DNA of 64,000 nucleotides from NCBI GenBank assembly GCA_021733835.1, contig JAIPKD010000001.1, positions 17,516 through 81,515 of the forward strand, read 5' to 3'. Origin of the DNA: Verrucomicrobiota bacterium. GTDB lineage: Bacteria; Verrucomicrobiota; Verrucomicrobiia; Limisphaerales; JAIPKD01. The notes below the pieces were generated by a model. That model did no database searches. It saw only the letters and a program-made list of their open reading frames with translations, and was not told the origin of the DNA. Of the stretch, positions 9,301-16,700 are shown piece after piece. Position 1 is the stretch's first letter, and every line of letters starts with the position of its first letter. Made by a program: the position numbers and the translations under genes.

Positions 9301-9875
9301 GCGCCGACCATGTGCATGAGGTTGGTCTTCGGGAAGTCCTTGATCCATAGTTGAAGGTCTTCTGTTTTGTCACGGATTCTTATGGTGAGGTACCCGTAAG
9401 CTTCACTTATGTTTCTCACTGTTCCCTGGACGCGAACCCATTGGCTGTCCATCGACCCCGAGTGGATTTCATTGATCGAGCAAGTTTTCGGTTCCGGTAA
9501 CGGTGAATCACCTATTACATTTATTCGGGCGTTTGTTATCACCGGCGCGTATTCGCCGGCGCCGGAGTATCCCTTTATCTCGAGAAGCTCGCCCGGACTG
9601 AACTCACGCAATTTGGATGCCGGGTTGATGAATATGCCTGCGGTTCCGTCGTGGACGAACAAGGCCGGCATACCCTGATCGCTATAGGTGACGATACCGT
9701 TTAGTTCCACCGGCACACCCTTGTTCGCCTCGTCGGTTTCAAGCTTAAGTACTTGGACGGCGTTGGTCAAAAGCGTCTGTCCGTCTGCCTGAGCGTAACT
9801 GTGAATGCAAAAAAACGAAATAACCAGTAATGCAATTACACGTACGCTCACTGAATTATATAAACACATGGACAT
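6306..9875 (-). CDS. Hybrid sensor histidine kinase (large periplasmic sensor, PAS domains, HisKA, HATPase, C-terminal receiver)
   Basis: H-box AAGIAHDFNNLVTIIQGY, ATPase motifs DTGCGMD and GTGLGLATVYGI, and a receiver (ILVVEDE...VLVTDLVMP...KVIFISGY) are present. A TM helix lies around aa 470-495 of the ORF. The likely start is the ATG at 9875 (MSMCLYNSVSVRVIALLVISFFCIHSYA signal), not the ORF-track start at 9950. Confidence 0.9.
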   Translation of the reverse strand: MSMCLYNSVSVRVIALLVISFFCIHSYAQADGQTLLTNAVQVLKLETDEANKGVPVELNGIVTYSDQGMPALFVHDGTAGIFINPASKLREFSPGELLEIKGYSGAGEYAPVITNARINVIGDSPLPEPKTCSINEIHSGSMDSQWVRVQGTVRNISEAYGYLTIRIRDKTEDLQLWIKDFPKTNLMHMVGAEISVTGVCGPVFNKSRQLIRGLLFVTGMDNIHIITQAAPAFSTPIVSIDSILRYQYGRDMNKPYHIKGVVTAKVSDQNVYLKDDSGNIKVLLQTPETPEPGDIIEVTGFPVHGEYAPRLEDSLFKTVGHTDPPAPTPIDIFDIFDENHHSELVSIEGTLVSESLRPVLLPSNSSDWGLTNNLYLTLRSEDWLFNAELDRPNTNSIPILQTGSRLRLTGICDVSLYRDRSVTTCLILLDSAENIAVIQNPPWWNKHRIILALEILAACTVATLLWIGLLRFKIRRQAQTILNRARHEATIENMYQNVFSNAGDLIFTLAGDQRIISLNRAMETTIGLSASDIIGTYITSLMPQTTDHGEITRLLGSAAPHVSFEMQIQTPNGIHALEVNASLIDTPDTDHARQCIARDVTKQKQTDAALKQAYEELEQRIEERTKELAESNNRLQNNIAELRETENTLLYERRLYKAMMDNLPDFVYFKDKESRFISLNKAMANRFNTDNTSEIIGNTDFDLYSNTHATAAREDEVSILKTGTPIINKEEREIWKDGRVVWLSTSKMPLHDDAGNIIGTFGISKDITTKKIAETQIQRAKDELETRVAERTAELTRINAQLREEIQQREQAEAALRQSQKMEAIGQLAAGIAHDFNNLVTIIQGYTTLLLRSNLPDEDDQMALIEIHDASKRAADLTRQLLAFSRKQVLQPRPININHTIEFMIKMLRHLLSESISINFQPSKNLPAVKADASMMEQVILNLALNARDAMSEGGTLTITTAPEEIRDQQTESPGRFLKLTISDTGCGMDEQTLSRIFEPFFTTKEFGKGTGLGLATVYGIIKQHCGTIEVDSAPGKGTIFRVYLPAMDAPAPSPIETEELALPETGAESILVVEDEAPLRKLMTNMFTSLGYHAVSAYDGVKAIEVWNEYYHGFDVLVTDLVMPRGVSGRILAKRLRKDEPGLKVIFISGYSTEIEHSGIIPDADTVFLKKPFAMNDLAALIRKIVSK

Positions 9876-10124
9876 AAAATATCCCTTACTCCATCCGGGT
9901 GTTCTTCGCACCCGGTCGGCGCATTGTAGATGCTCTCCTTGAATTCGCACGAAAAAAAAGCTATTTGGAATTCCCGGAAGATGATTAGGCGAATGGGGAC
10001 GGGGGGCGAGACGTGAACGGGTACGTAAGAGAGGAGAGGGACATTTATTCGTCCTACGCTTAATTGCTTTACGGATTCTTTAACCTCCCGATCCTTTCGC
10101 AGTAAATATTTTCCCACGAATCCA

Positions 10125-11297
10125 TCAATCCTCTGTCGTACTCTCGGGTATCGAGGTGGCTGTAAAATCGTATGTATTGGTTTTATCGACGGTTACTCGG
10201 CCTTCAATCAGGAGCGGAACGGCGATTTTCCCGTTAGAAACCGCGGATTCGACGCCGCCGGTTGCTGTGACGGAATCATCCCGTCCTGCCTTCACGCCGA
10301 AGAATAAATAATTATCGATGGATGATATGGTATCCGGGATGAGTAATTTGGCTTCGAGGAAGATTGCCTCATTCAACGTGTTGTTAGTGCCGGTGGCGGT
10401 AAACGGAATTTCCCGGTAATTCGATACCCCACTTTCGTCGCGCGCAATATCAACGCCTTTTTCGAATTCGAATGAGTCGATGTCCGTGATGCGCCGGCCG
10501 AGTTTTGCGTCGGTGGCCGGTATAGTGCCTATGTAGACCGAGCCGTCGCTGTCGACAATGCGAATCTCGCGGCCGGTACGTTTGAGGTTGAACCTCGAGA
10601 GTAACATTTTCTGACTTCCGCTTGGTAATTGAGCTGCGCCTCCGGCCAAGCGCCGCTTGTTTGAAACGGTATTCTCATGTTCGACGGGAGCGGCTGCGAG
10701 GGCGAGGGATTGTTCTTCTTTCATCGTGGCCGGTGCTGTCGGTTGTGGTTTATTAGATTTAGACGCCGTTAACGAGTCAGCAGGTTGCTCGGGTTTGCGG
10801 GGTGTCAACGATGGTTCGAATTGTTCTAAAGCGCGTGCGCGTGAATCCGCGTATTTTGATTCAAAGCTCCGCGTTTGTGTTCGACGCTCGCCTTCGCGCA
10901 TTGGCGATTTAGGTTTATCCGTTTCAACAGAGGATTGTTGCTTGGGCGCCGAAGTGGTTCGCGATTGGATTGACTTGACGGATTCCTCGGGTACGGCGCG
11001 CTTCGTTTTGCCGGCAATGGTGAAATCGTCACCACCATTATCTGTGTTCAGCAAGAACAGGGCGGTGAGCGAGATAATGGCGAAGAATGCGCACGCCAAT
11101 GCCCAGCGGAGAAGCAGTCTTGTCAACGGGGAGAATGCCGGCTGTGCGCGTTTGTGATACATCCGTGAAATCTCCGAGTGCAACTTTGCCCTGGTGGAAG
11201 CCGGCATTTCTGCGTGACCATAAGAGTCCCTGCGCCTTTGCGCGAAGGCCCTGATCAGTTTTTCGATATTCCTGTTTTCGCTCGACGGCATATCCAC
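10125..11297 (-). CDS. Putative anti-sigma factor (single-pass membrane protein)
   Basis: It starts 8 nt after the ECF sigma stop. It has a short cytoplasmic N-terminus, one TM helix (LLLRWALACAFFAIISLTALFLL), a low-complexity Pro/Ser/Lys-rich linker and an unrecognised C-terminal domain. The call rests on position and topology only. Confidence 0.5.
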   Translation of the reverse strand: MDMPSSENRNIEKLIRAFAQRRRDSYGHAEMPASTRAKLHSEISRMYHKRAQPAFSPLTRLLLRWALACAFFAIISLTALFLLNTDNGGDDFTIAGKTKRAVPEESVKSIQSRTTSAPKQQSSVETDKPKSPMREGERRTQTRSFESKYADSRARALEQFEPSLTPRKPEQPADSLTASKSNKPQPTAPATMKEEQSLALAAAPVEHENTVSNKRRLAGGAAQLPSGSQKMLLSRFNLKRTGREIRIVDSDGSVYIGTIPATDAKLGRRITDIDSFEFEKGVDIARDESGVSNYREIPFTATGTNNTLNEAIFLEAKLLIPDTISSIDNYLFFGVKAGRDDSVTATGGVESAVSNGKIAVPLLIEGRVTVDKTNTYDFTATSIPESTTED

Positions 11298-11305
11298 TCT
11301 ATTAG

Positions 11306-11929
11306 TTAGACGTAATTATCGCGTGATTTCTCCGGTTTGAAGACCTTGACGGCTATACGTTCCAGCTTGTCCAGGCACCGGCTGAGTCTGGAGCTTATAG
11401 TTTTGGGATTAAGGTTGAACTCGCGCGCAATTTCATCATATGGCATATCCGCGAAATACCGGAGCTCGATCAACTCCTTGCACGGTTGTTTCAACTGATC
11501 TATGCATTGTTGGAGTAATGTCATTTGTTCGGAATTGATAAGTTCTTCATCCGGTTGAAGTCCCGGATTGCGCAATGTATCGATGGGACTATTGAACGGC
11601 GCGTTGTCCTGTTCGAGCGGAACCGAATACGTACCGCCGCCGCGTTTTGCGGCGAGCTGCTTGTTCCTATAATCGTGGGCCTTGTTTGCGGAGACCCGTA
11701 GAATCCATGTTCTGAGACTGCTCTTGAACCGGAAATCCTTTAGTTTCTTGACGATTGTGATGAATGTTTCCTGGCAGATTTCCTCGACATCGCTGGGGTT
11801 GAGATCGGCGCCGAGCTGGAAGACAAACCTGGCCGTGGGCGTGTAGTGTTCGTCGAACAGATTGTCCCAGGCCGTTGTGTCCCCTTCGAGACAAGCGGCG
11901 ATTAATTCTTTTTCCTCTGTCGAGGTCAT
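11306..11929 (-). CDS. ECF-type RNA polymerase sigma-70 family factor
   Basis: Region 2 (FRFKSSLRTWILRVSANKAHDYRNKQ) and region 4 HTH (ELRYFADMPYDEIAREFNLNPKTISSRLSRCLDKL) are visible. The product is 207 aa. Confidence 0.9.
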   Translation of the reverse strand: MTSTEEKELIAACLEGDTTAWDNLFDEHYTPTARFVFQLGADLNPSDVEEICQETFITIVKKLKDFRFKSSLRTWILRVSANKAHDYRNKQLAAKRGGGTYSVPLEQDNAPFNSPIDTLRNPGLQPDEELINSEQMTLLQQCIDQLKQPCKELIELRYFADMPYDEIAREFNLNPKTISSRLSRCLDKLERIAVKVFKPEKSRDNYV

Positions 11930-12066
11930 TTGTCTCGGCTATTCCTACGTGAGCTGTGTTTGCCTAATCCGTATTTGAACTTTAACGTTACGCATCCGAG
12001 TTTATACACAAGAATCGTTTTAGACAATGGATATGATGTTCCGGTAGGCGCGACGCGGAGGCGGCC

Positions 12067-13224
12067 TCATATTACTCCGGGGATGAATCTGTACTTAACT
12101 TTCCTGCAGTATTCGACGTACTCAGGATCACGCCGCAGGAATTGCTCCTCGGTAATGGCGCGTAAGTAATAAATTGTACCCCATCCCAAAAGACCGAAGA
12201 GCGTGGAGACGGACTGAACACTGTAACGCGTCCATGAAAAATTATTGGATTCCGGATTAGGTATGAACAGCGGTATCAGCGTCATCAGCCAGAACAAGTT
12301 TTTTGATATGTATCCCGGATGCCTGACAACGGCGTAAGGGCCGGTTTTTACTATGCCCCTGTTTGTCAGGTTGCTTGCCTTCGTGAAAAGGAACGTCGAT
12401 GCCGAGATCAGTGTTAAAAGAAAAAGCGCCGCCAATCCGCGTAGTACCCATGTGATCGGATGCGCGATATCGCCCATGAAAAGGATGCGCACATCGTGGT
12501 TCGACGGACCGAGGATGTTGGCCGTGACCATGTTGAACGGGGCGTAGCACGCGATACAGACGAGGATGCGGAACAGATTCGTCTCGGCGTATTTAAGCTT
12601 GTTCTTCAGGAATCCCATCTCGGTGTGGTATCCGATAAAAAACAGAGTCGAGTCCACGAAGAATATCGATGTCACAAACAACAGGTACCACCTGTCCAAT
12701 GCTATCAACCAATCGGCGCTGAGCTTGAGCTCGAATATTAGTCCCGGATAACGCCTTAACTCGAACATTGCAGAATTCAACATGAGCGGCCCGTAAATAA
12801 TCTTGATGACAAGAAACATGAGGGCGTTGAGCTCATTGTAATCGGGTTTCCAGGATTCGGTTATCGTCGGACTCTCCCGGTTGGTCGCCAACCGGAATAT
12901 CCTGCTCAGGTAGCCGATAATCAATAGGTTCTTTGAGCGCCAGAGCGATCGCGGACGGAATATGAGGTAAACAACCGGCGCCACGACGATGTAACAAATA
13001 AAGTAAGCATAATAAAAATGCAGCGCCTTGAATTTGCCGAACGAGACGCTCAGAAGCTGTTTGAACCAGGGATTAAAAATAAACAGCAGAAGCACCACGC
13101 CGTATATCGCCACAGATGCGGCCAGGTGCTTGATTACCTGGCTCGTGGTCGCCTTCGGGAGGTCTTCTGGAAGGTGGCTGATGTTGAATCGTTCGTTAAA
13201 TTCAGTTCTTGGTCTCGAGCTCAT
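12067..13224 (-). CDS. Polytopic membrane protein with C-terminal ICMT/phospholipid-methyltransferase-family domain
   Basis: There are multiple predicted TM helices. The C-terminal GPYAVVRHPGYISKNLFWL ... EEQFLRRDPEYVEYCRKVKYRFIPGV matches the isoprenylcysteine carboxyl methyltransferase-like family motif pattern. Confidence 0.7.
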   Translation of the reverse strand: MSSRPRTEFNERFNISHLPEDLPKATTSQVIKHLAASVAIYGVVLLLFIFNPWFKQLLSVSFGKFKALHFYYAYFICYIVVAPVVYLIFRPRSLWRSKNLLIIGYLSRIFRLATNRESPTITESWKPDYNELNALMFLVIKIIYGPLMLNSAMFELRRYPGLIFELKLSADWLIALDRWYLLFVTSIFFVDSTLFFIGYHTEMGFLKNKLKYAETNLFRILVCIACYAPFNMVTANILGPSNHDVRILFMGDIAHPITWVLRGLAALFLLTLISASTFLFTKASNLTNRGIVKTGPYAVVRHPGYISKNLFWLMTLIPLFIPNPESNNFSWTRYSVQSVSTLFGLLGWGTIYYLRAITEEQFLRRDPEYVEYCRKVKYRFIPGVI

Positions 13225-13532
13225 TTACCCATCTATGTTTACCCATTTATCAACCGATAATATATCGCTAGCGCCTATTATGCAAAATAACGAGCCCAGG
13301 GCAAGCCGCGCCACCCGGGGTTATTCAATTCTAGCTAAGTTACTGGGGATGTCGTTCTTCCAGGTGTTGAGCTGTTATGCTGGATTGAGGGGTACGGATT
13401 GAGGATTATGGGCTCGAGGCGCGGAGTTATGAATTTTTCATTGCTCCGAGCCTGAGCAATGAAAAACCTTATCGCCCTTCGCATTACTACCTTTTCCTGA
13501 TACTGTGGGAACGAAGCGGCCGGGCGTGAGAC

Positions 13533-13612
13533 CCCTTAATCCTGAATCCTGAGAGGGCCTGTAGCGTTCGCAGCCGCAGCGGCTGGTTCTGCGCACACAG
13601 CCGCGCTCCGCC
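13533..13612 (+). repeat. Dispersed intergenic repeat, copy A
   Basis: AATCCTGAATCC (13538-13549) + GCGTTCGCAGCCGCAGCGGCTG (hairpin CAGCCG/CGGCTG) + GCACACAGCCGCGCTCCGCC (13593-13612). The last 20-mer is identical to 28700-28719. Confidence 0.7.
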
Positions 13613-13648
13613 TCAAAATGAGAATTGCTGCTTGGTTTCATTTTGGGC

Positions 13649-13676
13649 TTGCAATTAAATCCCTGCTCTTTATAAG
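13649..13676 (+). promoter_or_regulatory. Candidate sigma-70-type promoter of the giant gene
   Basis: TTGCAA (13649-13654) - 16 nt - TATAAG (13671-13676), about 45 nt upstream of the ATG at 13720. This is a pattern match only. Confidence 0.3.
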
Positions 13677-13719
13677 TACAATTCAAAGCCTAATTAAAAT
13701 AAGCAAGAAGACCTTTTTT

Positions 13720-16700
13720 ATGCAAAGCCGTCTTTTCATTTTGGCGCTCGTATTGGGGCAACTCGCTTTAGCCTTCAAGAATCACGCATTGGAAGTTGTG
13801 GATGCTCAAACCCGGGGTAACTCGAATCGGGTTACGGTTAGTTTCTCTAGTCCTATTGATCCCGCCACGGCTACGAATACCTCTCATTACTCCATCGACC
13901 ATGGGGTTGTCGTCCAGCGTGTGGCGATGGCTGGTATCAGCAGTGTTTACTTGTACACCACGCCAATCCCGGAAGGGGCGGTTTACGCGCTTACTCTACA
14001 GGAAATTCAGGACCAAGAGCAGCCCCCGAACACCATCCTCCCGGGCAGCGGAGTACTATTTCTTCAGACTGACGGTGTAATCATGCGGAAAGAATTCCGT
14101 AATATCGGAGGCGACACAAGCTTGGCAGACCTTACGAATCACGTTAGCTTCCCTGAGTATCCGGACTTGGTTGACTGGCCTTCAAGCTTCGAGACACCAA
14201 CTAACGTGCGAGACAACTACGGTGTGCAGTTCCAAGGCTATGTGACTGCGCCCATAACGGGTAACTATGTGTTCTATCTAGCCTCAGATGATCAGGGAGC
14301 GATTTATTTGAGTACCGACTCGAATCCCGCCAATAAACGAATTATCGCTTCCGAGCCTGGTTGGAATCCTGAGCGTTCGTGGATAACGGGATCGAACCAA
14401 GAATCGAGGCCCCTGCGGCCTCCACTGGAATTCTTTACTAATGCCCTCTTCATCGAGGCTGAGGATTTTGACTACGAAGGAGGGCGCTTTGTGACTGATG
14501 TATCCATTGGTATGCACGGCCTCTATCAGGGCGGGGCCTATGAAGGGTTGGGCTCAAATGCGGACGCCGATTACGACTGGCATGAGGAGGCTATGGATAA
14601 CCTCTCCCCAACCTATCGGGCTGACACAGCGGTCGAGACTTACTGTCGACCCGGAACCCTCGGCTGGAGAGACCGCGGTGCATTCGAGGTGACGGTTAAC
14701 CATGGAGTAGGCTGGAATGATGCTGGTGATTGGATGAACTATACAAGACTGTTCCCCTCGCCGGGGCGCGATTACTTTGTTTTGGCCCGGCTTTCCTCGG
14801 GGGGTAACGACATCTCGGGACAACTTGATGAAGTGACGGATGGCGTGGGTACAACCACTCAGTCGACCATGAAACTAGGCACTTTTCGGGCACCGTGGAC
14901 GCGCGGTTGGGAGCACTTCACTTCTGTCCCACTCCGAGACGACACAGAAGGAATCGCAAGGGTAAACATGGAAGGTACACGCACGCTTCGGTTTACGACT
15001 TTACCAGGCGACTTGGACATTGACTACCTGATGTTCGTACCAGCCGGTGATGCTGAACTTGACCTCTCTGCTTTGCAGCCCTCAAACATTTCCGATCCCA
15101 TCCCCTTGGAGGCTGGGAAGAAGTATTATATCGAAGCGCTCATGAAAGAAGGCGAAGGAGGTGATAATCTGGCAGTGGCGTGGCAAAAGCCAGGTGATCC
15201 AGAGCTTCAGAATGACGATCCACCCATCTCCGGTAATTACCTTTCGCCTCTCCCTTTGCCTACCGCTCAAAGGAATCCTCCAGCTCCCCCGGAGATTGTG
15301 GAAGTCGAGATGACATTGTCAGCGCAGTTGCGTTGGAGTACGAGTTCCTCTCCGGAAGTTACGAGATACGTAGTCAGCCGCAGTGCAGATGGCGGGAGGT
15401 GGGAAAACCTGATCTGGGTTGAAGGGACTAGCTACCATGACAAGTCGGTTATCGCAGACCACGATTATCGGTATCGAGTGTCGGCCATGAACGCAGTCGG
15501 GGAGGTGGGATTGCCCTCGACACCGACGGAGAGCACGAGGGTGGATATGCAGGTCCGCCAGATGGAGAACTACAACTACGGAGGGGGAAACTACCCTGGG
15601 TACTCCAATTGTCCTCCCGCGAATGAGCCTCCATTTGACTCAGACCTCGATCCCGGCTTCGACTATTTCTACCAGTACGTTTCTTGGGTAATGCCGGCTA
15701 ATCCCTACCGTCCGGATTCGATGTGGGTCGTGGACAAAGATCCAGACCCTGATCAGAACCAATACGTTATTACCCATACGTCCATGGGGGATTGGTGGCG
15801 TTACAGTTTCGATGTGCCGACCGATGGATGGGTCAAGCTGGCGATTCGCGCTGGCACTCCAAATGTAGCGACGATCAACATTTACTGGGATGAAGAGCAG
15901 GTGGCCAAAGCAGTCTGTCACACTGGCTCTTATGAGGAGTTAGTGGAATTTCCGGCCACTGAATCCTTCTTCTCCAGCGCCGGCCAACACACACTGCGCC
16001 TGGAGATGGCGGACGCGGCAGCCGACCTAGATCTAATCGGGTATCAGTTTGCCGCCTCTCCGGCAACGCGCCGGATTGTCTATCAGGAAGGCTTCAAAGC
16101 CTACCCGAGCGCTGAGCGGCTGCAGGCGGATGGAGAATGGAGTGTTGTCAACGGTTCTGGCCGAAACGAAGTTGCCTGGGCCATTAGAAGCACAGATTCG
16201 GAGCCGTACCCAAGTTCTTTCACCGCCATGCAAGGGCGGTATGCCACCGCTGACTCTGGCAACTATCCTTGGGCTCGTATCGATGAGTCGCTTATTAGTC
16301 CAACGATCGACTGCCGAGACTTCACCGGGACAGAACTGCACTTTACCCACAATCTGCAAGTAAACAGTAATTCGGATGCAGCTCAACTTTTCACCGTTTT
16401 GCTCGACACGATTAATGAGACGACGGGCAATTGGAACGAGAACTGGATCAGTATTTACCAGCACACAGGCGCTGATGGGGGTGTGACCGACTCGGAGTTA
16501 ATCGACGTCAGCCAATGGGCGGATGGAAAGCGCTTCAGATTGCGATGGCGGTTTCACGAGGCCGCTTGGGATCATTGGTGGGCCATCGATAATGTTCAAG
16601 TTACGGCTGAGCAAGCCGAGGCGTTGGAGCCGCCAACGATCAGCTCTTTCCAGATTAATGAGGGTGTCACCTCCACAACAAATCGGGAAGTGGTAATCGA

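Noticed and set aside
11930-12066. I searched for an autoregulatory ECF-type promoter (GGAAC-N16/17-CGT) upstream of the sigma gene.
   Set aside because: A GGAAC is present on the minus strand (complement of 12040-12044), but the nearest CGAT is ~20 nt downstream, so the spacing is wrong. No convincing match was found.
13438-13686. An 82-aa minus-strand ORF here and the 85-aa ORF at 177-434 share the peptide ERGCVRR(T/I)SRS.
   Set aside because: The shared peptide is simply the translation of the dispersed DNA repeat core in both places. There is no start context, and both lie in intergenic repeats.
13618-13719. The ORF-track start of the giant gene at 13618 (MRIAAWFHFGLAIKS...) was considered.
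   Set aside because: The first 34 codons overlap the candidate promoter and do not look like a signal peptide. The ATG at 13720 gives a canonical signal-like N-terminus. The same logic was applied to 9950->9875, 50085->50139, 58911->58926, 60286->60301, 62265->62301, 41408->41441 and 5659->5725.
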